Of a DNA stretch of 26,356 bases, positions 7,916 to 15,795 are shown in pieces. The stretch lies in IMG/VR virus record IMGVR_UViG_3300023173_000093, positions 1 through 26,356 of that record; one strand, 5' to 3'. Made by a program: the position numbers and the translations under genes. Within the stretch, counting starts at the first letter, position 1, and each line of letters begins with the position of its first letter. Origin of the DNA: a virus. Taxonomy: Duplodnaviria > Caudoviricetes. The notes under the pieces are model-generated. The model was not told the DNA's origin. It saw only the letters and a list, made by a program, of their open reading frames with translations, and searched no databases.

Positions 7916-9072
7916 TACCAGACTCCCCAAGTGTTAGTTTCGCCTTTCAGGTGCGTATAAATGGCATACCGCATGGCATCAACGGCGTGGTCGTGCCGCT
8001 TTAGAGGAACGTCCTTTAGTTCGCCAGACTTGCGGTCCTCGTCCCATCGGTATTCCCGTAGTTCATTCTGTAAGTTTTGCGACCCTGCATGAACGTTAAC
8101 GTTGAAACGTTTTACAAAGTCAATACCATCTTTTACGCTCTTGTCGGCCTTATACGCCTGCAACCCTTCTCGGATCAATTCCTCAATCCGGTCCGGTTCT
8201 GCGGAATCACAGTAAATTGGCGCGTTTTTATTGCTGACTACTTTCTTTAACTCAGCAATCAGATCAGAGTTTGTTAGACCGCTCTGATAAATAACCTCCC
8301 GCACGTAGATGTCGGGATCGGTCACGGTCACGGCAACCACGGCAGAGGGGCTATTGTACCCAAAGTCGATACCGTAGAAGTCCGGCTCTCGGTGTTGGTT
8401 GTACGTTTTCCACTCTGGGAAGATAACACCCTTGAGCGCCTCGCCCCACTCCCCTCGCTCGTAGATGGCTCTCAGATCCTCTGGAAGCGATTTGAGTACG
8501 TCGATATACTGCTTGTCGAGGAAAGCATTGTCGCGCCACGTGGTACGCAGCACGAAGATGTCGGGGTTCTCGTCGAGCCACCGCCGGACCCAGAGCCGAG
8601 AATCGGTCGGGTTGAGGGTCAGCGTCACCTGCTTGTAGGTCGGCACATCGCCACGCAGTCGCAAGTCTACTTGCCGAAAGGCATCCTCTTTGACCTCGCT
8701 TGCTTCCTCTATCCAGACGGAAGTGATGCCTGCAATAGACTTCAGTTTCTCTGGGTCATCCAGTCCGGCATGGATGATCTGCGCTCCGTTGGGAAACGTG
8801 ATCGACAGGTCGGAGCGGTTGGCTGTTACCTCTACGCCGAAAGCGGAAGCCACCTCGATGAGCAGACGGAAGGTGGACTCGCGGCAGGTCCGGTAGACGT
8901 TACGGATCACCAGTATCCGCTCGCGCTTATTCTGTACGCAGCGGTACACGAGTTTCTGTGCTACCGTGTAGGACTTACCAGATCCCGCCCCGCCAAACAG
9001 TACCGCGTACCTGTCCTCGCTTTTAAGAAAGCCAGAGTAGCGGCTGTTGTACTGAATCTGATCGCCAGACAT
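7915..9072 (-). CDS. terL: Terminase large subunit (PBSX family)
   Basis: Walker A 'GGAGSGKS', Walker B 'VWIEEA', nuclease 'GIDFG', 'DHAVDAMRY'; TGATG-coupled start. Confidence 0.95.
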   Translation of the reverse strand: MSGDQIQYNSRYSGFLKSEDRYAVLFGGAGSGKSYTVAQKLVYRCVQNKRERILVIRNVYRTCRESTFRLLIEVASAFGVEVTANRSDLSITFPNGAQIIHAGLDDPEKLKSIAGITSVWIEEASEVKEDAFRQVDLRLRGDVPTYKQVTLTLNPTDSRLWVRRWLDENPDIFVLRTTWRDNAFLDKQYIDVLKSLPEDLRAIYERGEWGEALKGVIFPEWKTYNQHREPDFYGIDFGYNSPSAVVAVTVTDPDIYVREVIYQSGLTNSDLIAELKKVVSNKNAPIYCDSAEPDRIEELIREGLQAYKADKSVKDGIDFVKRFNVNVHAGSQNLQNELREYRWDEDRKSGELKDVPLKRHDHAVDAMRYAIYTHLKGETNTWGVW

Positions 9073-9431
9073 CAATCATCGTGGTCGGCATCGACCGGGA
9101 CGAAATTGATCTGCAAGGGCTGACCGCCGGAGGTGATGTCGATGGTGTTGTTCTCGCTCCAACCCATCTTTACCCTGCTGTAATAACGAGCGGTCTGAAA
9201 CCAAGACGGGTGCGTTGGGTCCATCGCTACCGTGGCAATGCAGTCCTGCACTTCATCGGCGATCTGGTCCTTCAGGGCATTATAGACCGTCTTTACCGTC
9301 TCACTCTCTTCCATGCGGCGGTATATGCTACTGCGATGGTATCCCAGATCCTCAGCCACACGGGTGATGATACCCTTATGCTTTACAAGGGCTGCGATAA
9401 TCTCTTCGTCGGTATGTCTGTTCTTGTTCAC
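9072..9431 (-). CDS. terS: Terminase small subunit
   Basis: N-terminal HTH ('IITRVAEDLGYHRSSIYRR'), C-terminal 'IDITSGGQPL'; directly upstream of TerL. Confidence 0.75.
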   Translation of the reverse strand: MNKNRHTDEEIIAALVKHKGIITRVAEDLGYHRSSIYRRMEESETVKTVYNALKDQIADEVQDCIATVAMDPTHPSWFQTARYYSRVKMGWSENNTIDITSGGQPLQINFVPVDADHDD

Positions 9432-9449
9432 GCGCGTGAGCGTCTTGTA

Positions 9450-9872
9450 TTAGTCCTCTGGTATGCAATGAAAGAACAAGGCGCGGAACGCGTCCATGTC
9501 GATCTTCGTGCCGGGGCAGGTTTTCTTGGCTCCTGTCTCGCGGTGTCCGAGTATGTTGTGTGGCGGTATGTCGTACAGATCAGATAGACGGTCACAAAGA
9601 CGGACAGCGCACAAGACCTGCGGCAGCGTCCACATCTCGTGGTCTCCGTGACCCTCGAAAGCAATACCTATGCTTCGGTTGTTGTAACCTAACGCATGAG
9701 CGCCTTGCTCATCCTCTGCCCTTCCTGTTTCAAGCGCACCGTTCCTGCGTATGAGGTAGTGGTAACCAACGTCCGACCATCCCCTGTCAAGATGCCAACG
9801 CCGGACCCGATCAATACCTGCGTCACCATCAAAGGCGAGGGTATGCAGGACGATGTACTCGGGTGCGTTCAT
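9450..9872 (-). CDS. N-acetylmuramoyl-L-alanine amidase endolysin (T7 lysozyme-like, Amidase_2)
   Basis: 'IVLHT', 'WHLDRGWSDVGYHY', 'GAHALGYN..SIGI', 'GHRE...KTCPG'. Confidence 0.93.
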   Translation of the reverse strand: MNAPEYIVLHTLAFDGDAGIDRVRRWHLDRGWSDVGYHYLIRRNGALETGRAEDEQGAHALGYNNRSIGIAFEGHGDHEMWTLPQVLCAVRLCDRLSDLYDIPPHNILGHRETGAKKTCPGTKIDMDAFRALFFHCIPED

Positions 9873-10132
9873 CCTTTATCGGATTCTTGCTTGTCTTTGC
9901 CTTCTGGGATCAACATGGCAGCAACGGCAGCAAGGGCTGTGATGGCTTCCCAGATTACCTGCAAGTCCTCAACGCCAATGGGCAAGAACTGCGCGATGAT
10001 GGCAAGTCCTGCCCATGTAGATGCTTCTTTCAGGCGGTCGAGTAGTTTCTTGATCATCGTAGGTAGTACGGTTGGTGGTACAAGTGCCGAAACGGGTATC
10101 TGCTCCGGCGGGTGTGGCTTGATCTTTTCCAT
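9869..10132 (-). CDS. Putative holin (2 TM); alternative start at 10057 (MIKKLL)
   Basis: 'RLKEASTWAGLAII' plus a second hydrophobic helix and charged tail; adjacent to the endolysin. Confidence 0.65.
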   Translation of the reverse strand: MEKIKPHPPEQIPVSALVPPTVLPTMIKKLLDRLKEASTWAGLAIIAQFLPIGVEDLQVIWEAITALAAVAAMLIPEGKDKQESDKG

Positions 10133-10153
10133 GTCAATATAACGCTGAAGCGG

Positions 10154-10558
10154 TTACCGATGTTCGAGTCTGTTGCGTAGCCTGTATCCAAGTCTGCTTG
10201 TGCAGCGCGGCGTCTGGGCTTTCTGATTGCGGTCGTAATAGGACCACCAATGATCGGAGATGTCCTCCACATTAGGTACTGGCAGCGCCTCACCGGGTCT
10301 GGCTGCGTCTCCCAGTTCGGAGCGAGCCTTGTTCTCTGATCTAACAACGGCGTTCTGCTCGTAGCCGCCTTCCCTGTTGATGCAGATTAGTTCAAAGTCC
10401 TCTGGTGCGAGGTCGTATAAGGCTATCCACTCGTCTCGTTGGTGTTGGCTGATAGGTAGCCCATGCAGTTTCCCAGAACGCAGGGCGCGTTGCCTACGGG
10501 CTTTTATAGACTGCTCCCATTGAGCGATGGACAACCCGGTAATCTTGTGGCAGAGCAT
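10154..10558 (-). CDS. Hypothetical protein
   Basis: Open frame following 10566-10886; start ATG uncertain. Confidence 0.5.
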   Translation of the reverse strand: MLCHKITGLSIAQWEQSIKARRQRALRSGKLHGLPISQHQRDEWIALYDLAPEDFELICINREGGYEQNAVVRSENKARSELGDAARPGEALPVPNVEDISDHWWSYYDRNQKAQTPRCTSRLGYRLRNRLEHR

Positions 10559-10565
10559 CTCTGCC

Positions 10566-10886
10566 TCATATCCTAACGTCGAAAAGGTCAATGATCTTGG
10601 TGTTGTGTAGTTGCGCTTTCTCCTTTGCCCATTCGCGTTCCCTGCGGTCGGCGCAGCGGGTCAGGTAGTTGGTGCGAAAGTCCTCCATGTTCTCCCTGCC
10701 CTCGAAGGAAAGACCGTGGTCAAACCAGAAGTCCACGGTATCCTTAAACTCCTGCCCAGATCCCGGCTCGATGTTGCCGACGAGCGCCACCTTCTCGTTG
10801 TAGGTAAGCGTTCTCTTTAGCCTTCTCTGTATATAGCCAATCGCCTTGGCGTCGATCTGGCTGGGCTTAAGTGTTTCCATATTCAT
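10566..10886 (-). CDS. Hypothetical protein, first gene of the leftward operon
   Basis: ATG at 10886 or 10880 downstream of the candidate promoter; protein-like composition. Confidence 0.6.
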   Translation of the reverse strand: MNMETLKPSQIDAKAIGYIQRRLKRTLTYNEKVALVGNIEPGSGQEFKDTVDFWFDHGLSFEGRENMEDFRTNYLTRCADRREREWAKEKAQLHNTKIIDLFDVRI

Positions 10887-10978
10887 TCTATGAATGTAGC
10901 CTCTCTCGGCAGTCCGAGTCAATCCTTCGCCATGTGCCGCGTATGGCTTCTTTTTGGATTTGTTTTGTTCTGTCTCTC

Positions 10979-11008
10979 AGGATACGGTGTGCCAACCCTG
11001 AATGTCAA
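10979..11008 (-). promoter_or_regulatory. Candidate leftward sigma70-type promoter
   Basis: TTGACA (11008-11003) - 18 nt - TATCCT (10984-10979). Confidence 0.5.
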
Positions 11009-11253
11009 AAGGGTACAACAGGGGTTATATATAAAGCCGAAAGAACGCCGCCCCTGTGTGCTGTTCGGGATTCGTTGCCTGCATCCCCAACGTGTTTCGG
11101 TTGACCTCCTGCGCCTCGAACGGCTCCGCTTCCATAACCACGGACACCTGTCGCATCAGCCAAGTCAATAGTAAACGCGAGATCGCGATTGGTTCAAGAC
11201 AATCTGGGTGCATCTTATCCACCAAACCTCTCATTCCGTCTTAAGTGATCTAT

Positions 11254-11353
11254 TTGTGTGAAGTGTTTGTTAAGGGTTGTGTATATGTCAAAAAAAAATC
11301 CGACCTTTGCATCAACAAACGGCGCGAGCCATAACCAACCGAGAGAGACAATG
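11254..11353 (+). repeat. Early promoter/leader module, copy 1
   Basis: GTGTAT-17-GACCTT, GGC-GCGA-GCC hairpin, AACCGAGAGAGACAATG. Confidence 0.75.
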
Positions 11354-11674
11354 ACTATCGAGAACATGACCAAAGTCACCGAGAACTTGGCAACACTTAA
11401 CCTGACAGATATGGAAACGATGTTCATGTTTGCATTGATCTGCGTAGGCACAATCCCGACAGAGCCTATGTTTTATGACCGAGACATTCAGGACTATTCC
11501 AAAAATTTGGCGATTGACGTTAAGGTTTTGCGTGGTGTTGTCGGATCGCTTACAAAAAAAGGTCTTGTTGATCCTGACTTCTTCGGAGATGATACACCGG
11601 ACGGAAACGTCATCGGGCTGTGCCGCGAGTACTTCTGGCTTCACCCAGAGATTGACCTGTCTTGTGAATACTAA
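11351..11674 (+). CDS. First early gene, hypothetical, possibly wHTH-like (107 aa)
   Basis: ATG after the GAGAGAGACA leader; 'VKVLRGVVGSLTKKGLV' resembles a wHTH recognition helix. Confidence 0.7.
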   Translation: MTIENMTKVTENLATLNLTDMETMFMFALICVGTIPTEPMFYDRDIQDYSKNLAIDVKVLRGVVGSLTKKGLVDPDFFGDDTPDGNVIGLCREYFWLHPEIDLSCEY

Positions 11675-11733
11675 GCCGAAACGCCCTTCGGGGCGTCCAC
11701 CGGGGATCGTCTCCCGGTGCTGATGAGGCAGAC
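11675..11733 (+). ncRNA. Type II hammerhead ribozyme
   Basis: GCC GAAA CGCCC-UUCG-GGGCG UC^ CACCGGGG-AUCGUC-UCCCGGUG CUGAUGA GGC AGAC: all core residues, three stems, GUC cleavage triplet. Confidence 0.93.
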
Positions 11734-11743
11734 ACCTCGAACC

Positions 11744-11761
11744 GCCGCGCCGTAACGCGGC
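11744..11761 (+). repeat. CCGUAA-loop hairpin, copy 1
   Basis: GCCGCG-CCGTAA-CGCGGC. Confidence 0.7.
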
Positions 11762-11779
11762 ACAATCAAGAGAGAGAAA

Positions 11780-12028
11780 ATGAGCAAAATCAAGTATCCG
11801 CTCAAGAGCAAGTATCCACTCATGCTGCCTGATGACACCGAGTCATGCGATGAGTACTGGGTTAGAATAACCTTCGATTCAGGATTTGGATATGGCGGGT
11901 GGCAAGACTATAAGGTTCGCCACCATGACGAAGCATTCTACCTGTTCCGACAAGAAAGCCGTTTCGAATCGGATCAGATTGTAGATATGCAGAAGATCTC
12001 CTTAGAGGATTACAAGCCGCTGCATTAG
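11780..12028 (+). CDS. Hypothetical protein (82 aa)
   Basis: GAGAGAGAAA-ATG leader. Confidence 0.7.
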   Translation: MSKIKYPLKSKYPLMLPDDTESCDEYWVRITFDSGFGYGGWQDYKVRHHDEAFYLFRQESRFESDQIVDMQKISLEDYKPLH

Positions 12029-12059
12029 GCAGCAATCTGAAGGTCGCAAACAAACACAC

Positions 12060-12077
12060 GCCGCCCCGTAAGGCGGC
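12060..12077 (+). repeat. CCGUAA-loop hairpin, copy 2
   Basis: GCCGCC-CCGTAA-GGCGGC. Confidence 0.7.
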
Positions 12078-12152
12078 ACAAACCGAGGTCGGAAGTAATT
12101 AGGCAAAACCTACCCATAAAATGCTTCCGATAACACCAACCACGAGAGAACA

Positions 12153-12272
12153 ATGACAAAGACACAACTACTACGCAAGGTCGAGCGCCTGTTGGACAAC
12201 TTAGACAAGGTGTTCTACTGGGTCATCCTGATCGGCGCTTCTTACTTCATCATTAGAACCATCGTTGGATAA
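12153..12272 (+). CDS. Small membrane protein, 39 aa (MTKTQLLRKVERLLDNLDKVFYWVILIGASYFIIRTIVG)
   Basis: CGAGAGAACA-ATG leader; TAATG coupling to the next gene; not in the ORF track. Confidence 0.7.
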   Translation: MTKTQLLRKVERLLDNLDKVFYWVILIGASYFIIRTIVG

Positions 12273-12454
12273 TGGCACTCAAGATAGACACCGACCGCCT
12301 CGACCTCTGCCACTACGTCAGCCAGAAAGACAACGACCTCTCGTGGTGGTTTGACTGGTGCAAGGACGAAGATCCCGTCACCTTTTGGGAGCGCAGACTT
12401 GAAAAACGAAGGCAATCAAACGGAGCCAACAAAAACAAGCGAAAGAAAAAATGA
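12272..12454 (+). CDS. Hypothetical protein (60 aa, basic tail)
   Basis: Translationally coupled on both sides. Confidence 0.6.
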   Translation: MALKIDTDRLDLCHYVSQKDNDLSWWFDWCKDEDPVTFWERRLEKRRQSNGANKNKRKKK

Positions 12455-12639
12455 GCTACGAAGAAGCTGCGATATTCCTGACGGGCGCTCTTTGCGCCTC
12501 GGTCTTGACTTGGATTATTGCAATCCTAATGTCAAACATAGAAAAGCCGGAAGGCGGCACGAGGTTTACAGGCGATCAGGTCGCTATGCTGAACAAGCTG
12601 CTTGACGAGAACGATGTACAACTAACCAACAAAGACTGA
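12451..12639 (+). CDS. Small single-TM membrane protein
   Basis: N-terminal hydrophobic helix; ATGA and TGATG coupling. Confidence 0.65.
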   Translation: MSYEEAAIFLTGALCASVLTWIIAILMSNIEKPEGGTRFTGDQVAMLNKLLDENDVQLTNKD

Positions 12640-12920
12640 TGTACTACAACACAACCAGCGAGACAGGCGAGCAACTGGCAACCGCAACCCAGTCCGCCGC
12701 ATCCCAGACCCAGCGCATCCTCGACCTGTTCAGGTCAATGCCCAACACATCCATTCATGCGTGGACCATCAAGACATTCCTGCGTGGCGATGTGCCGATC
12801 ACGAGCGTCAGGCGAGCCATCACGGACCTGCACGATGCAGGGAAGATAGAGCGCGATGATTCGGTGTATGCCGGACCCTACCGCCGCAAGACGTATACGT
12901 ATCGATACCTTCGGGACTGA
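12639..12920 (+). CDS. Winged-helix DNA-binding protein
   Basis: 'ILDLFR...PITSVRRAITDLHDAGKI...GPYRRKTYTY'. Confidence 0.75.
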   Translation: MYYNTTSETGEQLATATQSAASQTQRILDLFRSMPNTSIHAWTIKTFLRGDVPITSVRRAITDLHDAGKIERDDSVYAGPYRRKTYTYRYLRD

Positions 12921-13018
12921 TTGTGAATAGAATGCGAAGGGCGTGACAATGTCAGAAAAAAGCGCGAGTTTGTTATCAAGACAACGGCGCAAGCCATCAC
13001 TAACCGAGAGAGACAATG
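12921..13018 (+). repeat. Early promoter/leader module, copy 2
   Basis: TTGTGAATAGAATG..GTGACA-17-GAGTTT, GGC-GCAA-GCC, AACCGAGAGAGACAATG. Confidence 0.8.
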
Positions 13019-13246
13019 ACCAAGACTGTTTGCACACCTTCGCCGCTTAATAGCCGAGACGAGTTCATCGCCCTTGTTGATGCCGCTCTTTTTGAAGGAC
13101 GCGCTGTTGAGATTGATCTGAGAAGAGCGCCTGCTTCTCATTTCGTTTACCTTCGCAACCTGTACGCAGCAGGCAAAATTGACCGATGCTCCGATGAGTG
13201 GATGGGCGTGATAACATTCGCCGCACCTGAAGTTGCACATCGATAG
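13016..13246 (+). CDS. Hypothetical protein (76 aa)
   Basis: Follows leader module copy 2. Confidence 0.7.
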   Translation: MTKTVCTPSPLNSRDEFIALVDAALFEGRAVEIDLRRAPASHFVYLRNLYAAGKIDRCSDEWMGVITFAAPEVAHR

Positions 13247-13272
13247 TGCAATCTTTGAACCAAGAACAACCC

Positions 13273-13290
13273 GCCGCCCTGTAAGGCGGC
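13273..13290 (+). repeat. CUGUAA-loop hairpin, copy 3
   Basis: GCCGCC-CTGTAA-GGCGGC. Confidence 0.7.
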
Positions 13291-13307
13291 AAAACCTTAC
13301 CAAGACA

Positions 13308-13490
13308 ATGACACAGAGAGAGACAGACAACTTCGACGCCTACTACGACGAGATTGCCGACGAGCAGTACGAGATGTGGAAGGAGCAGAAGGAGATTCCG
13401 CAACTGCGGACGATCGATACAACATCACTTCAGCGTAGCCTCGACCGCATGGCGGCAATCCTTAAAGAGATGAACGAGGTGACAAAATGA
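13308..13490 (+). CDS. Acidic hypothetical protein (60 aa)
   Basis: AGACA-ATG start; ATGA overlap with the next gene. Confidence 0.65.
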   Translation: MTQRETDNFDAYYDEIADEQYEMWKEQKEIPQLRTIDTTSLQRSLDRMAAILKEMNEVTK

Positions 13491-13999
13491 GCGGTATCGT
13501 AAACATACACGGCAAGCAATACAAGACCGTGGCGCTCCGTGTGAGCGAGTTTCGTGAGAAGTACCCCATCGATGATGGATGGGGTATTGAGACTCAATGC
13601 TACGCCGTTGACGCACAGACGGTCATCATGCGAGCCGTCATCACAGACCCGCAGGGTCGCGTAGTGGCTACTGGTTACGCCGAAGAAGAACGATCTCAGC
13701 GCGGCATTAACAGCACGAGTGCATTAGAGAACTGCGAGACTTCGGCAATCGGTCGGGCGCTGAGTGCTGCCGGGTTTGGCGGCGATGCGTATGCGAGCGC
13801 CGATGAGATAGCGCAGGCGATCAGCAAGCAAGGCAGCAGCCCGTCAGCCGCACCGGGTCAGCCATCGCAGAAGCAGAAAAACTTTGCGTGGTCGCTCATC
13901 AAGAAGCAGCCCGAGGACAAGCAGGAAGCATACATCAAACGAGCAAAGACGGCAGATGCCGCTGCGCTCTCAAAACTGATCGACGAACTCAATGGATAG
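13487..13999 (+). CDS. ssDNA-annealing recombinase (Rad52/Sak-like)
   Basis: 'GKQYKTVALRV', 'ATGYAEE', 'ALENCETSAIGRAL..AGFG'. Confidence 0.7.
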   Translation: MSGIVNIHGKQYKTVALRVSEFREKYPIDDGWGIETQCYAVDAQTVIMRAVITDPQGRVVATGYAEEERSQRGINSTSALENCETSAIGRALSAAGFGGDAYASADEIAQAISKQGSSPSAAPGQPSQKQKNFAWSLIKKQPEDKQEAYIKRAKTADAAALSKLIDELNG

Positions 14000-14234
14000 C
14001 ACAGCAAGAAAGAAGATCGAAAGCCAGATCCGCAGGGCTGCGAACATGATCCACACCCGCATCAAGGTCGCGGCACTCGGTATGCAGGAAGCGCAGACCT
14101 ACTGGATCGAAAGGGATGAAGGGTACTTCGAGGGATTTGAGCATGGTCTCAATGCTTCCAAGTTGCACATAGAGGACGCTATGCAGGCGTTTGTAGATGG
14201 CGAACTGGTCGAGGAGGTACTTGGCGATGCCTAA
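13992..14234 (+). CDS. Hypothetical protein
   Basis: Overlapping-coupled ORF. Confidence 0.65.
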   Translation: MDSTARKKIESQIRRAANMIHTRIKVAALGMQEAQTYWIERDEGYFEGFEHGLNASKLHIEDAMQAFVDGELVEEVLGDA

Positions 14235-14517
14235 CATACCAGAGCGTTCTCAGATGATTAAGGAAGCCGTGTCTATTGCAACGGGCGTTCCTATCTATCG
14301 GATGATGGTTCACCATAGAAGTCATGACAGCATGGCGGCTCGTAAATGTGCGGTAGATTTACACCTGCACAATCTTGGCTTCATGGGTACGAAGTGGATC
14401 GGTCAGCAGCTTGGTATTGATAGGGTCGAATACAAAAACACCAAGCTGTTCGTGGACAAGCTGACCCACGCATACGCTCAACACTTGTATGACAAGATGG
14501 TTAAAGAGGAATTATGA
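14227..14517 (+). CDS. DnaA C-terminal (domain IV)-like HTH protein
   Basis: 'IKEAVSIATGV..RMM..HRSH.SMAARKCA.....TKWIGQQLG' parallels the DnaA domain IV pattern; GAGGAGG upstream. Confidence 0.55.
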   Translation: MPNIPERSQMIKEAVSIATGVPIYRMMVHHRSHDSMAARKCAVDLHLHNLGFMGTKWIGQQLGIDRVEYKNTKLFVDKLTHAYAQHLYDKMVKEEL

Positions 14518-14621
14518 AGCTACACTGGACAGAGGAACCGCAGTCTACGCCAGAACAGGATGCGCTCGTGTGGCGCGTCAAGGCGTGGCTCATACTAAAG
14601 ATCAAGAGGCTTATCGCATGA
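14514..14621 (+). CDS. Hypothetical 35-aa protein (MKLHWTEEPQSTPEQDALVWRVKAWLILKIKRLIA)
   Basis: GAGGA RBS; ATGA overlaps at both ends. Confidence 0.55.
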   Translation: MKLHWTEEPQSTPEQDALVWRVKAWLILKIKRLIA

Positions 14622-14857
14622 CCCTCATTGAACAACAAATATACGCAGAAGTCGGAGCAGCAATAGAAAACTGCACCCAACGGGAGAAACTTGACATTGC
14701 AACGTGGATCGTTTTATCATGCCTGAACGATACGCAAGAGGGCATGACCGGAGCGGATTCATACCTTGATGTCGTGACCCGGCATTGTGGCGATATACTG
14801 ACCCACGCTCGTGGTCGGCTCATGCGATACGGCAACAACGGATACCCGAAACGATAA
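14618..14857 (+). CDS. Hypothetical protein (79 aa)
   Basis: ATGA-coupled start MTLIEQQ. Confidence 0.6.
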   Translation: MTLIEQQIYAEVGAAIENCTQREKLDIATWIVLSCLNDTQEGMTGADSYLDVVTRHCGDILTHARGRLMRYGNNGYPKR

Positions 14858-14875
14858 CACAAACAGAGAGAGACA

Positions 14876-15418
14876 ATGAGCAACCAGAACCTTTTTGACC
14901 TGACACACAACCAACTGGCAGACCTTGCCAACTTGGAAGAACTGCTCGAAGCAACGGGCGGCGAGATAACCGAGGATGCCGAGGCGCTACTCGACCAGAT
15001 CGCACAAGGCGAGGATGATATCCTTAGCAAACTGGATTCATACGCCGTGGTGATCGCCCAGATGGAGATGGATGCCGAAGCCTACGAAGCCAAAGCCGCG
15101 TACCTAAAGGAGCGAATGGACACCATGAAGGCTCGCGCCAACAGCAAGCGCCGCGTGGTTGACAGCCTCAAGGACCGCATCATGCTATCCATGAAGATGC
15201 TCGGGATGCAGAAGGCAGAGACACCCAACCACGTCAGCGTATCAGTACGCAAGGCGAAGGCTCCGGTTATCATCGAGGATGAATCGCTCGTGCCGGATGA
15301 GTTCGCCAAGATCACACGCCGCCCAGACAAGACCGCCATCGGCAAGGCTCTGGCTGCGGGTCTGGAATGTGACTTCGCTGCGCTCGGCGAAGGCAAGGAA
15401 TACGTAGTGCTGCGATAA
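14876..15418 (+). CDS. Siphovirus Gp157 family protein
   Basis: Coiled coil plus 'VIIEDESLVPDEF...PDKTAIGKALAAG'. Confidence 0.85.
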   Translation: MSNQNLFDLTHNQLADLANLEELLEATGGEITEDAEALLDQIAQGEDDILSKLDSYAVVIAQMEMDAEAYEAKAAYLKERMDTMKARANSKRRVVDSLKDRIMLSMKMLGMQKAETPNHVSVSVRKAKAPVIIEDESLVPDEFAKITRRPDKTAIGKALAAGLECDFAALGEGKEYVVLR

Positions 15419-15795
15419 TGAAAGACCAAGAACACCGGGAGCAGGTGGCGCTGTTCAAGGCGCTGAAATTACAAGAGCGGACCAACCCGCTATTCGCCAA
15501 CGTCTTTGCGATTCCGAACGGCGGTCATCGCCACATTAAGGTCGCGGCGAAACTAAAAGCCGAAGGAGTGAAGGCAGGCATCCCCGACATTTTCGTGGCG
15601 GTCCCCAACTCGTACTCGGCAGGGCTGTTTATCGAGATGAAGGTAAAGCCCAACAAGCCGAGCAAGCATCAGAAGGCGTGGCTCGAAAGGCTCGAACGTG
15701 TCGGGTATGACTGTCTGGTGTGCTACTCGTGGACGGATGCGTACAAGGCGATTACAGATCACATCAACAGCGTCATCTCGGATCTGGCTTTGTGA
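15418..15795 (+). CDS. VRR-NUC domain nuclease
   Basis: 'FAIPNGG', 'LKAEGVKAGIPD', 'FIEMK', 'Q..W'. Confidence 0.9.
   Translation: MKDQEHREQVALFKALKLQERTNPLFANVFAIPNGGHRHIKVAAKLKAEGVKAGIPDIFVAVPNSYSAGLFIEMKVKPNKPSKHQKAWLERLERVGYDCLVCYSWTDAYKAITDHINSVISDLAL

Noticed and set aside
11090-11160. Second hammerhead on the minus strand (CTGATGCG...CGAAAC)
   Set aside because: Core is CUGAUGC rather than CUGAUGA, and I could not build the three stems.
11025-11234. 69-aa minus-strand ORF in the divergent control region
   Set aside because: No recognisable motif or coupling to neighbours; cannot be supported, though not excluded.
12098-12125. c-di-GMP-I riboswitch (GGCAAAACC)
   Set aside because: Lacks the GNRA-capped P2 and the downstream GCAAAG consensus.
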